Source: an uncultured Gammaproteobacteria bacterium (GTDB lineage: Bacteria; Patescibacteriota; Microgenomatia; Levybacterales; GWA1-39-11). Taken from it: 64,000 nucleotides of DNA. The notes below the pieces were generated by a model. It saw only the letters and a list, made by a program, of their open reading frames with translations. It had not been told where the DNA came from and ran no database searches. Positions 43,069 through 52,356 of this stretch are shown here, one piece after another; position 1 is the stretch's first letter; every line of letters begins with the position of its first letter. The stretch covers positions 554,729-618,728 of the forward strand of contig CAYVKP010000001.1 in assembly GCA_964452165.1 (NCBI GenBank), read 5' to 3'. The position numbers were made by a program, and so were the translations under genes.

Positions 43069-43965
43069 CTACATCTCTCGCAAAATTTTAATTCTGTCTT
43101 CAATGGGTGGGTGAGTGGAGAAGAGGTTTGCAAAAAAACCGGCAACTTTTCTTCCTTTGAATGGATCGGATATGTACAAATGTGCAGTGCCGGCGGTTGC
43201 ATGTTTTAGAGGCTTTGTGTCTTTTGAGATCTTTTCAAGAGCATCTGCGAGCCCATCAGGATAGCGAGTAAGAAGTGCGCCATCGGCATCGGCCAAATAT
43301 TCTCGACGACGCGAAACGGCAAGCTGAATAAGGGTAGCGGCGATTGGAGCAAGGATTGCAAAAACTATGCCGATTATTATAAAAATCCCAGAGCTATCGT
43401 TTCTGTCACGGTCATCTCCACGGAACCACATAGATCTCATAAAAACATCTGCCAAAATTGCGATTGAACCAACTAAAATTGAGACTACGCTCATAAGTCT
43501 AGTATCATAATTGCCAACGTGAGAGAGCTCGTGCGCAATAACTCCTTCAAGCTCGGCTTTGTTAAGTTTTTCAAGAATTCCGGTCGTTGCTGCAACAACA
43601 GCATGTTTGGGATCACGGCCGGTTGCGAATGCGTTTGGAGACGCGTCCTCCACCACATAAACTTTTGGCATTGGAAGGCCGGCCCCAATCGCAAGATTTT
43701 CAACGGTCGTGTAGAGAGTTCTATAAGTTGCCTTGTCGGCAAGCTTTGCTCCGTTTAGCGCAAGAACAATCTTGTCGGAATTGTAGTAGGAAATAAAAGA
43801 TATTATTCCTGAAATTACTAGCATTATCCCGGCCCAAGACGTTCCGTATCCCAGGGCGCGTCCTATGACGTAGGAGACAGTTACAAAGAAAACAACAAAC
43901 AGAATCATGATGATCCATGTTTTTGTTTTGTTGGAGCCAATCTGGTTATAGATATTTAATGCCAT
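43069..43965 (-). CDS. htpX: Membrane zinc protease HtpX
   Basis: PNAFATG, AHELSH, SRRREYLAD, FSTHPP. Confidence 0.95.
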   Translation of the reverse strand: MALNIYNQIGSNKTKTWIIMILFVVFFVTVSYVIGRALGYGTSWAGIMLVISGIISFISYYNSDKIVLALNGAKLADKATYRTLYTTVENLAIGAGLPMPKVYVVEDASPNAFATGRDPKHAVVAATTGILEKLNKAELEGVIAHELSHVGNYDTRLMSVVSILVGSIAILADVFMRSMWFRGDDRDRNDSSGIFIIIGIVFAILAPIAATLIQLAVSRRREYLADADGALLTRYPDGLADALEKISKDTKPLKHATAGTAHLYISDPFKGRKVAGFFANLFSTHPPIEDRIKILREM

Positions 43966-43986
43966 ATGGTAAGGGCCTGAAGAGGA

Positions 43987-44538
43987 TTAAAATTTGACCT
44001 TAATTTCCTTTTTCTCTTCTTCAGTTGCGGCAAAGAAGGGTTCCTGTGTAAAGTGCATCATGTTGGCAAACAAAACGCCGGGAAAAGTCTTAATAGCTGT
44101 ATTATACGAGAGAACATTAGAATTATAAAATTGTCTTGAGTAGGAAATCTTATTCTCTGTATCTGTGAGTTCATCTTGAAGGTCCAAAAAGTTCTGACTT
44201 GCCTTAAGATCCGGATAAGCCTCCGCAACTGCAAAGATAGATTTTAATGCCTCACTTATTTGATTATTGGCTTTGGCTTTTTCCGAAAGTGTCCCGGCCT
44301 GCATAAGACTTGAGCGAGCCTTTGTGACTTCTGAAAAAACCTCTTTCTCGTGTTTTGCATAGCCCTTGACGGTTTCGACAAGATTTGGAATTAAGTCTGT
44401 TCGGCGCTTGAGTTGCACGTCAATTTGTGAAAGAGCTTCATTAATTCTCTCCCTCAAAACGACCAGATTGTTGTATGTGAACCAAAGGTATATAAGTAGA
44501 AGAAAAACTACAAGACCAATCAATAAGAGTGGGTTCAT
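43987..44538 (-). CDS. lemA: LemA family protein
   Basis: IDVQLKRRTDLIPNLV, EAYPDLKAS, RQFYN; upstream of htpX. Confidence 0.95.
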   Translation of the reverse strand: MNPLLLIGLVVFLLLIYLWFTYNNLVVLRERINEALSQIDVQLKRRTDLIPNLVETVKGYAKHEKEVFSEVTKARSSLMQAGTLSEKAKANNQISEALKSIFAVAEAYPDLKASQNFLDLQDELTDTENKISYSRQFYNSNVLSYNTAIKTFPGVLFANMMHFTQEPFFAATEEEKKEIKVKF

Positions 44539-44574
44539 GTCAATATTTTCCCACAACGGAAGTTGTAAGTCAAA

Positions 44575-46341
44575 CTACTTATTGAGTATCCAGTCGTGTA
44601 GTTTTTTGTAGGAAAATGCGTTGAGAACATCCTTTGGTTGACACCAACCACGTCTGGCAACAGATACTCCGTAAAACATGTTGTCCATTTGGTAAGTTGC
44701 ATGTGCATCCGTGTCTATGGAAAATTTAACTCCTTGTTGTCGCGCTTCATATACAAGGCTATCGACAAGATCAAGTCGGGTGGGCCAAGCGTTTATTTCA
44801 ATAGCCTTGTTATTGCGAACAGTAAAGTCAAAGACTTTATCATAGTCCAGCTCATAACCATCTCTCTGATTTATTAATCTTCCTGATGGGTGTGCAAGAA
44901 TTCTTGCCTTGGGATGGGAAAGGCCCTTAAGGACTCTTTCTGTCATCTCATTTTTGGGAGTTTTGAAAACGCTGTGGATTGAGACTATTGCTCCATCAAT
45001 ATATTCAAGTGCCTTATCGTCAAGGGCAAGGTCTCCGCTTGGAAGAATATCGAGCTCGAGCATATTTAATACTCGTATATTTTTGTTACTCGAATGAAGT
45101 TGATCAATCTTGTCTTTTCTTCTTGCCATAATTGAATAAATTTGATCCTTCGTATGTTTTGATAAATTAGGATTATGTTCTGAAAAGGCAAGATATTCAT
45201 ATCCAAGAGAGCGGGCCTTGGCAAGCATTTGCTCCATGGTATTTTTACCCAGGTCGTGGCTCGGTTCGATAGGATAAGAGGAGTGTATATGTAGGTCTCC
45301 CTTTATGTCTTTTAATTCCACTAAGGTGGGAAGCGCTTTACTCAGTGCCAGATCTATCTCACCTTTATTTTCTCGTATCTCGGGTGGTGGAGTCTGCAGG
45401 CCAAGGAATTCGTAGAACTCCTCCTCGGTCTCAAAAGTTTTCATGGGTTGACCCTTTTCTTTCAAAAGTTTTATTCCTTTCTCAGAAAGCGACCAGCCAT
45501 GCTTTAGTGCATATTCACGAAGCGCGACATTATGATACTTGCTACCTGTAAAGTGTTGAAGGAGTGATCCGAAGCTTTCAGGAGTTTGTGCGATTAAATC
45601 TATTTGCTTTCCTCCTGTGACAAGCATTGAGGAGGAAGCTGTACCTCTTTCTATAACGCGTTCAACTCCGGGGTATTTGGTGAAATGCTCAATTGTTGCG
45701 GTGGGGTTTGTTGTCGCGACTGCAAAATCAACGTCGCCAATCGTATCGCGCATGCGCCTCAGGGATCCAAGAGGCGAGACGTGTTTTGCGTGCGGATCAC
45801 GTCTTAAATACTCCTCAACCTTTTTTGCCAAATCAAAAGCGTAGGGTAGAGGCATTCGAGTCGTTTTGCCCTTGCCTTCACTAAATTCTCCAAGAGCGCG
45901 AAGAATATCGGACTGCGATTTTTCACCAAAAGTTTCAAGCTCCGCGATTCTTCCATCTGTTGCCGCTTTTTTTAGGTCTTCAAACACGGTTTTTGGATCG
46001 TTAAGTTTTAGAGCTGTCACCAGCTTAAATGCTTTTTTGGGACCCAAAGAAACGACATCGAGTAGCGGAAATACGCTCGCCGGAACTTGGCTTAAAATGT
46101 CATCAAAATGTTTTGAATGACCTTTTTCATAAAGCTCCATCAAATGCTCACGAATGGATGTTCCTATTCCCGGAATTTTTTCTCCACTATTTAATAAATC
46201 TTTAAGTTCGGTCGGTAAATGCCCGATTGTATCTGCCGCTTTTTGGTAAGCAAGAAGCTGGAAAATATATTTCTTCTCGTCCTTTATGGAGAAAGCTGCA
46301 GCAACATTTCGCAGTATTTTTGCAACTTCACGGTTAGACAT
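44575..46341 (-). CDS. polX: DNA polymerase X with C-terminal PHP domain
   Basis: GSLRR..TIGDVD, QIDL, HFTGSK.HN, GDLHIHS, AHP, TDAH. Confidence 0.95.
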   Translation of the reverse strand: MSNREVAKILRNVAAAFSIKDEKKYIFQLLAYQKAADTIGHLPTELKDLLNSGEKIPGIGTSIREHLMELYEKGHSKHFDDILSQVPASVFPLLDVVSLGPKKAFKLVTALKLNDPKTVFEDLKKAATDGRIAELETFGEKSQSDILRALGEFSEGKGKTTRMPLPYAFDLAKKVEEYLRRDPHAKHVSPLGSLRRMRDTIGDVDFAVATTNPTATIEHFTKYPGVERVIERGTASSSMLVTGGKQIDLIAQTPESFGSLLQHFTGSKYHNVALREYALKHGWSLSEKGIKLLKEKGQPMKTFETEEEFYEFLGLQTPPPEIRENKGEIDLALSKALPTLVELKDIKGDLHIHSSYPIEPSHDLGKNTMEQMLAKARSLGYEYLAFSEHNPNLSKHTKDQIYSIMARRKDKIDQLHSSNKNIRVLNMLELDILPSGDLALDDKALEYIDGAIVSIHSVFKTPKNEMTERVLKGLSHPKARILAHPSGRLINQRDGYELDYDKVFDFTVRNNKAIEINAWPTRLDLVDSLVYEARQQGVKFSIDTDAHATYQMDNMFYGVSVARRGWCQPKDVLNAFSYKKLHDWILNK

Positions 46342-46411
46342 GATGATATTGTAACGCCGCGTTGAATCAAGATCAATAATTTAGTAAAATTAAGACCGCC
46401 CAATTTTTTTT

Positions 46412-46485
46412 GGGGGCGTAGCTCAGTTGGTTAGAGCACCTCCTTGTCAAGGAGGTGGTCGCGGGTTCAAGTCCCGTCGCTCCCG
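46412..46485 (+). tRNA. tRNA-Asp(GTC)
   Basis: GGGGGCG/CGCTCCC acceptor, CCTCC-TTGTCAA-GGAGG anticodon arm, TTCAAGT T-loop. Confidence 0.96.
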
Positions 46486-46501
46486 CACATAGTTAGAATT
46501 G

Positions 46502-46530
46502 TTGACAAATAGTTGTCCGGAGTTTAATAT
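46502..46530 (+). promoter_or_regulatory. Sigma70-type promoter for the LysM gene
   Basis: TTGACA at 46502 with TTTAAT/TAATAT at -10 spacing. Confidence 0.55.
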
Positions 46531-46610
46531 CTTTCTATCCCGCACGGCGGGGAAGGTCCGCGTCCACTGTCCTCGCGAATTTATTCATTTAGAGATTCTT
46601 GCGTAATTTT

Positions 46611-47036
46611 ATGGCTAAAAAAAAGAAAATTAAAAACGAACAGCTTTTACAAATATCTCCATCCTCTTATAAAAGCCTCATGTACGGATTTATAACAGTC
46701 ATAGTATTATTCATAATTCTTTTTCTTGGCGCAAAGCTTTTCTCAAGAGCCCAAAAAGGAGAGATTACGCCTGAAGCAGCCCAAACTCAAGCTGTCGTTA
46801 CACCGACTGTGAGTCCAGCGCCGAGCGAAGCGCCCACTGTTGTTGCGCAGGTTGTCGGTTCTCCTCAACAAAAAATTGTAGGGAATTCCTACAAGGTTGG
46901 GGAAGGAGATAGTTTATGGGACATTTCGGTTCGAGCTTACGGTGACGGCTACCGCTGGCCGGAAATTGCTTCTCTCAACAATATTCAGAATCCCGACCTA
47001 ATCTATCCAGGTCAAGTCTTCAAGCTCCCCAAGTAA
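46611..47036 (+). CDS. Membrane-anchored LysM peptidoglycan-binding protein
   Basis: TM helix, Pro/Thr-rich linker, YKVGEGDSLWDIS..YG..W..IA..N...PDLIYPGQ. Confidence 0.92.
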   Translation: MAKKKKIKNEQLLQISPSSYKSLMYGFITVIVLFIILFLGAKLFSRAQKGEITPEAAQTQAVVTPTVSPAPSEAPTVVAQVVGSPQQKIVGNSYKVGEGDSLWDISVRAYGDGYRWPEIASLNNIQNPDLIYPGQVFKLPK

Positions 47037-47040
47037 TCTG

Positions 47041-47112
47041 AGCGAGGAACGGGAGTCGGACCCGCCACCTTCTCCTTGGGAAGGAGACATTCTACCGCTG
47101 AACTACCCTCGC
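47041..47112 (-). tRNA. tRNA-Gly(CCC)
   Basis: GCGAGGG/TCCTCGC acceptor, TCTCC-TTCCCAA-GGAGA anticodon arm; T-loop reads TCCGACT. Confidence 0.9.
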
Positions 47113-47194
47113 GTTTGAATATTTTATATTTTAGTAAGCCCAAACTCAACACTGTCGTTTGACACGCAGTAATCTACATGCTAACAATAAAGAT

Positions 47195-48139
47195 ATGTCG
47201 GTAGATATTGGTGAGATTGGTGCATCTATAAAAGATAGAGCCGTAAGCGCTGTAAGGAGTCCTCATCATTCAAGACTCACAGAAACTAGCACCCAGAAGC
47301 ATAGCCGGCAATCACAAGAGGGGAGACTGGGGGATTTTACTCAACAACAACAGGCAAGGTATGAAGCAACATACAAGCTGCAAGAAAGCCAGCGAAAGGC
47401 AGAGGCAGCACGGCTTGCCCAACAAGTGAAGGACTCTTCCCCCAAAGACGTGTTTGCCACCCTTGCAGGTAAAGTGTCGAAACCTTCCGAGCCCACCGAC
47501 GTAACAACTGCGCCCGAACAAGAGCGCACGGAAGACCTTAGGACATGGTTTGAGCGGACTGCAGACAAGGTTGAAGCAACACGCGCGGACATAAATTTGA
47601 GAAAAAGCGGAAAGCATAAGTATTCGTATCGAAGCCAACAGGAAGATTATCCAGGTCAATGGGAACATACTTTTGCCTATTGGATGAGAAACAGTTCGGA
47701 AAAATCCGGCGAGATTAGCGAAAGACTTAGGCTGTTATCAAATTCCGGAAATGATTACGATAGACAGTTGGCTTCGGCACTTCTTAAACGTTTTAAGCCC
47801 GATAGACATTCTCAGCAACCCAAGGAGTTTGCGCCCGGTAGTCTAGGCTATATACCAAATGAAGAGCATGAAGCCGATAAGTATCTGACGGCAAAACCTT
47901 TATATGTTTTGCAAAGCGATGTTGAATTTAGTACTCCTAATCCTGACCCAGCGTTGACAAAAGTAATAAACCTTGAAGGAACACAGGTTACGCAACGGGT
48001 TGCGAACCTGATTCAAAACACCAAGGCAATGTATGATAAGTTTGGTAAACATATGGGTCACCCAAACGGTATGCCGCATGAGGAGGCTAGGCAGTTTTGG
48101 ACGTTTATAGAAGAACACCCCGATTATACCGTCTGGTAG
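47195..48139 (+). CDS. Hypothetical protein (orphan, disordered Gln/Ser-rich N-terminal third)
   Basis: Long ORF, ATG 47195; no motif recognised. Confidence 0.7.
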   Translation: MSVDIGEIGASIKDRAVSAVRSPHHSRLTETSTQKHSRQSQEGRLGDFTQQQQARYEATYKLQESQRKAEAARLAQQVKDSSPKDVFATLAGKVSKPSEPTDVTTAPEQERTEDLRTWFERTADKVEATRADINLRKSGKHKYSYRSQQEDYPGQWEHTFAYWMRNSSEKSGEISERLRLLSNSGNDYDRQLASALLKRFKPDRHSQQPKEFAPGSLGYIPNEEHEADKYLTAKPLYVLQSDVEFSTPNPDPALTKVINLEGTQVTQRVANLIQNTKAMYDKFGKHMGHPNGMPHEEARQFWTFIEEHPDYTVW

Positions 48140-48206
48140 AATGTTTCCCCTCGGGTTTGACCCCGGTGTCCTGCCTAAATAGGCTTATCTTTGGTATAAT
48201 CCAGAA

Positions 48207-49241
48207 ATGTTATCGCCCGACTTAAGAAGATTTGGTGAGCCGACTGATCAGGAAAGACGTCTCCCGCCGGGCTTTAAATTGCTCTTGTCGGGGCCTGGGT
48301 CTGTACTTCCGTTTGCTTTTCAGGATGAAAGTTCTACCCAAACTACTCTTGTTACCTCCAAAAACATGGGTATTGCTGCTTCAGTAGGACACGGTTTGAG
48401 TGAATACGCTTTGGCTAGAATCATCTCAGAGTACGCGGAAATCCATGCACTAACAACTTCTCTTGTTGGAGCGAAAAACCTTGTCGTTGCTCGTAACCCC
48501 GTAATCCTGGGGAAGAATATCGATGGAGCTTTGGTCACAAATTCATTACCAGTGCCCCAGCAGCTTGATTTCAATTCACAGGAAATCGGATTTCTCGAGA
48601 CCTACTTTAAGTTATGGCCAAGAGACTCTCATACAGTTTTGGGAGATCAGGTTCTGTCTCGTTCGGACTCTTGGAGAGGGGATTACCCAAAGCGTAAAGT
48701 TTCACTTCTAGGAGAAGGAGGCAAAGTTCTCACTAGGAAGAAGGCCGTTCTTGTAACTCCCGATGTCTGGCGATATGGACGAGACGAGGTAATGGGTCTA
48801 ATGAATTTAGGGTTTAAAGTGGGTAGTATGCCATTTGTGGAAGCAGGTAAACAGGAATATGTCTTCAACGAGGAGCACATAGATGGACATGTGACTCTAA
48901 TAGAAAATGATATGGGGAATATGTATCTATTGGTGGCGAAGTCATATGCCAGGCAAGGAGGCGGAACCGGAAAACAGTTGAGGATTGCCTCAGAGACTGT
49001 TGGAGCAGAGCTTATCGAAATTGAAGATGGTGGTCTGCCTCCGCTGGCTTTTAATTTATTACAATTCGAAGACGGAGCAATTGCTATGACAGACGGGGCA
49101 AAGGAACTCGAGGAGGCAGCAGCCCAGATAATGGGAAAAGAAAGGGTCTTTTCAACCCGGTCTCCGTTAGAAATTATTCCCTCGATGACTCGCGGAGGAA
49201 TTCGCTGTTTGACCAACTTAGTACCGGCAGTTTTGGTTTAA
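48207..49241 (+). CDS. Pentein-superfamily guanidino-modifying enzyme (deiminase/amidinotransferase-like)
   Basis: WPRD, GEGG, HID and C-terminal GGIRCLTN motifs in the canonical order. Confidence 0.78.
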   Translation: MLSPDLRRFGEPTDQERRLPPGFKLLLSGPGSVLPFAFQDESSTQTTLVTSKNMGIAASVGHGLSEYALARIISEYAEIHALTTSLVGAKNLVVARNPVILGKNIDGALVTNSLPVPQQLDFNSQEIGFLETYFKLWPRDSHTVLGDQVLSRSDSWRGDYPKRKVSLLGEGGKVLTRKKAVLVTPDVWRYGRDEVMGLMNLGFKVGSMPFVEAGKQEYVFNEEHIDGHVTLIENDMGNMYLLVAKSYARQGGGTGKQLRIASETVGAELIEIEDGGLPPLAFNLLQFEDGAIAMTDGAKELEEAAAQIMGKERVFSTRSPLEIIPSMTRGGIRCLTNLVPAVLV

Positions 49242-49294
49242 ATCGTGACTCAGTTGCTATTTGACACTTTTGGAGCATTTTGATAATATAAATC

Positions 49295-50965
49295 GTGCCG
49301 CTCGAAAAAAGTACTAAAACAAGACGAAAATACATCTTTGTCTCCGGAGGAGTCATCTCAGGCATCGGAAAAGGAATAACTTCAGCTTCAATTGCGCTTC
49401 TGCTCAAACAGGCAGGTTATAAAATTGCTCCAATTAAGTTCGAGAATTACTTGAATCTTGACGCTGGCACAATCAATCCTATTGAGCACGGCGATCCGTT
49501 CCTTTGCGAAGACGGGACTGAGGGAGATATGGACATAGGCTCATACGAGAAATTCCTAAATGAAGATATGGGTCGTGACAACTTTGTTACGATGGGAAAG
49601 ATCTATCAAACAGTTATTGACCGCGAGCGCCGATTTGAATATAACGGTGAGGACGTTGAAGCGATTCCTCATATAACTGATGAGATTATTTCAAGGATCG
49701 AAAGTGTAGGTAGAAAGCGCGATGCTGACATTGTAATGATAGAGCTTGGAGGAACAGCCGGCGAATATCAAAATGTATTTTACTATGAGGCAAGTAGAAT
49801 TATGACTCTCAAAAACCCCGGTGACGTGATCCATGTTCATGTTTCATACGTTCCTACTCCTTCTCACCTTGGAGAACCAAAGACAAAACCAACCCAACTT
49901 TCCGTTCGTACGTTAAATTCCATGGGAATTCAGCCTGATTTTATAGTTGCAAGATCTGAGAAATACCTAGATCAGCGACGCCGCGACCGATTCGCACTCT
50001 TTTGTAATATGGACGGGGAGCATATCATTTCAAACCCCGACGTTGAAACGGTTTACGAAGTTCCTCTGGTTTTGCACAAGCAAGATCTTGACCGTAAGAT
50101 TTTGACAAAGCTAGGATTGGAATCAAAAGATCCTGATCTCTCAGAGTGGGAGAAGTTGGTCTCAAAAATTAAGGGACCCAAGAAGAAGACTGTTAATATT
50201 GCCATTGTTGGTAAATATTTTGGAACAGGGGAATATCAAATCCGAGATTCTTATGCTGCGCTGTTTGATGCTTTGGATCATGCCTCATGGTTCAATAATA
50301 TTGAGATTAAAACCCATTGGATTGACGCTGAGAAAGTAGAAAAAGAAGGAGTAGAAATAATTGGTAAGCCGGACGGAATAATTGTTCCAATCGGGTGGGG
50401 AGTAAGGGGCGCTGAAGGAATGATTGCGGCGGCTTCTTATGCGAGAGAAAATAAAATCCCATATCTTGGGCTTTGTTATGGCATGCAGCTTGCTGTTATT
50501 GCTTATGCAAGAGATGTTTTAGGTTGGCGCGATGCCAACACAAACGAAAACGAAGACAAGACCACCCACGCGGTAATTCACATTATTGAATCGCAAAAAG
50601 AACATATGAAAAACAGATCGTATGGTGGGACAATGAGGCTTGGAAGCTGGGAAGCAGTAGTTAAGAAAGGGACTCGCGCTTTTGAATTCTACAAAGAGTT
50701 TGGGGAGATGGACGAGAAAACCGGGTTGACCTCCGAGCGCCACAGACATAGATATGAATTTAACAACGAGTTTGCCAAAGACTATGAGGATAAGGGTCTT
50801 GTCATATCGGCTCGTTCAGTTATGGAAAACTTGGTCGAGATAATAGAGCTGTCCGAAAACGAGCACCCGTTTTACCTTGGGACTCAAGGACACCCTGAAT
50901 ATAAAAGTCGCCCCCTTAAGCCTCATCCATTCTTCATTGAATATCTCAAAGCCTGCGCCAAATAA
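49295..50965 (+). CDS. pyrG: CTP synthase
   Basis: GGVISGIGKG, KTKPTQ, GLCYGMQ, ERHRHRYE, GHPE. Confidence 0.98.
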   Translation: MPLEKSTKTRRKYIFVSGGVISGIGKGITSASIALLLKQAGYKIAPIKFENYLNLDAGTINPIEHGDPFLCEDGTEGDMDIGSYEKFLNEDMGRDNFVTMGKIYQTVIDRERRFEYNGEDVEAIPHITDEIISRIESVGRKRDADIVMIELGGTAGEYQNVFYYEASRIMTLKNPGDVIHVHVSYVPTPSHLGEPKTKPTQLSVRTLNSMGIQPDFIVARSEKYLDQRRRDRFALFCNMDGEHIISNPDVETVYEVPLVLHKQDLDRKILTKLGLESKDPDLSEWEKLVSKIKGPKKKTVNIAIVGKYFGTGEYQIRDSYAALFDALDHASWFNNIEIKTHWIDAEKVEKEGVEIIGKPDGIIVPIGWGVRGAEGMIAAASYARENKIPYLGLCYGMQLAVIAYARDVLGWRDANTNENEDKTTHAVIHIIESQKEHMKNRSYGGTMRLGSWEAVVKKGTRAFEFYKEFGEMDEKTGLTSERHRHRYEFNNEFAKDYEDKGLVISARSVMENLVEIIELSENEHPFYLGTQGHPEYKSRPLKPHPFFIEYLKACAK

Positions 50966-50971
50966 TCCTCT

Positions 50972-51105
50972 TCTACTTTTGAGCCGTCAAAAGTAGCAAA
51001 AGCTCTCTTGCGCGCAAGCCGGGCTAATTTTCTCGCTTGCTCGTCGGGAGGAAAACCTCCCCCTCCGACAGTTCGTCGGGTCTCCCCCTGACTCGTTCGC
51101 TCCAA
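50972..51105. repeat. GC-rich multi-hairpin intergenic element (REP/MITE-like or terminator)
   Basis: CTACTTTTGA-GCCG-TCAAAAGTAG, CTTGCGCGCAAG palindrome, GTCGG-GAGG-AAAA-CCTC...CCGAC. Confidence 0.55.
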
Positions 51106-51210
51106 AATATTCACGCCCTTTGATGCGCATGCAAGATATTGAAAGAAGCATGCTCCATTACTAGGACGAACAGTGGATTTTTTGCTTCGGAATTTGTATA
51201 ATAACAACTT

Positions 51211-51483
51211 ATGCAAGATCTAGCGTTACGCGAAGGCAAGCAAGTCAGAGTCGTTCAAAAAGTAGTTGAAGGCAAAAGGGAGCGAAATGTTCCTTTTGTC
51301 GGTCTCATCTTGAGAGTCCGTGGACAGGGTATTAACAAGATGATTACCGTGAGACAAAACCTTGAAGGAATTGACGTTGAGCGAATTTTTCCTATCTCTT
51401 CACCCACAATTACCAAAATTGAGTTGGTTGAAGAGAAAGCTAGGAAAGCGGGCGGCAAAAAGAAGAAAAAATCTTCTAGATAA
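51211..51483 (+). CDS. rplS: 50S ribosomal protein L19 (short form)
   Basis: VRV..KVVEGKRER..PFVG, ITVR..GIDVERIFPISSP. Confidence 0.9.
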   Translation: MQDLALREGKQVRVVQKVVEGKRERNVPFVGLILRVRGQGINKMITVRQNLEGIDVERIFPISSPTITKIELVEEKARKAGGKKKKKSSR

Positions 51484-51591
51484 GCATTACCTGCTCCCAC
51501 CTCTTTCATAACTCTTACCCAATTCTTCTTGCCTTATAAATTGCTCTCCTTAGAATAGTTTTATACATGAAAAGGCGAGGAGGTGAGCATT

Positions 51592-51723
51592 ATGGCTAGT
51601 AGGAAAAAAGGCTCAGGACGAGGTTGGCATGGAGATTCCGCGGGACATGCAGCAGCAGGTAGAAAGGGAGGACTTGCATCACGAAGAAGAAGGCAAGGAT
51701 CTGGTTCCCAAATGTCCATGTAG
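51592..51723 (+). CDS. KGG-motif general-stress peptide, 43 aa (missing from the ORF track)
   Basis: MASRKKGSGRGWHGDSAGHAAAGRKGGLASRRRR...; SD GAGGAGGTGA upstream; followed by a terminator. Confidence 0.85.
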   Translation: MASRKKGSGRGWHGDSAGHAAAGRKGGLASRRRRQGSGSQMSM

Positions 51724-51738
51724 CATCTAACTTGGAGG

Positions 51739-51768
51739 AAAAAGCAGCTGATCACAGCTGCTTTTTTT
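51739..51768 (+). terminator. Intrinsic terminator (possibly bidirectional)
   Basis: AAAAAGCAGCTG-ATCA-CAGCTGCTTTTTTT. Confidence 0.88.
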
Positions 51769-51847
51769 GTGCGAATTGCTTGACAGATAGCAAAATCTTT
51801 GTCTAATATTAGAAACACGTAAGATTTACGTAAAAGAATTTATATAT

Positions 51848-52324
51848 ATGCCGGACTTGTCAGCTTTTCGCTCTAAAACTTATTCGTTTGAAAAAAAGTT
51901 TTTACTTACAGTTTACAAAGGGATATATAAGACAAAAATCAAAATGGAGTGTGCTCCTACGGCAGTCAATACGGGTCAGCTTCCTCATACCTACAAAGTT
52001 TTAAGATCCCTTCTTCCCTCGGTTTTCAGAACCCGCTGTTATAACGAGAATAATTATCCGTTCTCAGTTGAAGTGAAAAAAACAGAGCTAGCACATCTTT
52101 TTGAGCATGTGATGCTTGAATATCTATGTCAATATAAGATTGCCATGGGGCACAAGCGTGTAAGTTTTGCGGGTGTTACTGATTGGAATTGGAGAGATGA
52201 TCCCTACGGGACATTTCACATAACTCTCGAAATTGGAAAACGCGAGCAGATGGCTTTTGATCACGCGTTTAAAAAGAGTGTAGCTTTGTTTGAAAGTCTT
52301 TTCAACGAAAAACAGATGGCGTAA
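51848..52324 (+). CDS. Stand-alone cyanophycin synthetase N-terminal-domain-like protein (putative metallopeptidase)
   Basis: LRSLLPSV..RC..F..V..T.LAHLFEHVMLE...F.G.T....G.F matches the CphA1 N-domain pattern LPSL..H.C...F..R...GT..GH..EH.ALE...FG.T...G.Y. Confidence 0.72.
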   Translation: MPDLSAFRSKTYSFEKKFLLTVYKGIYKTKIKMECAPTAVNTGQLPHTYKVLRSLLPSVFRTRCYNENNYPFSVEVKKTELAHLFEHVMLEYLCQYKIAMGHKRVSFAGVTDWNWRDDPYGTFHITLEIGKREQMAFDHAFKKSVALFESLFNEKQMA

Positions 52325-52356
52325 GCTTATCCATCTGTTTTTCTAGATTTACCAAA

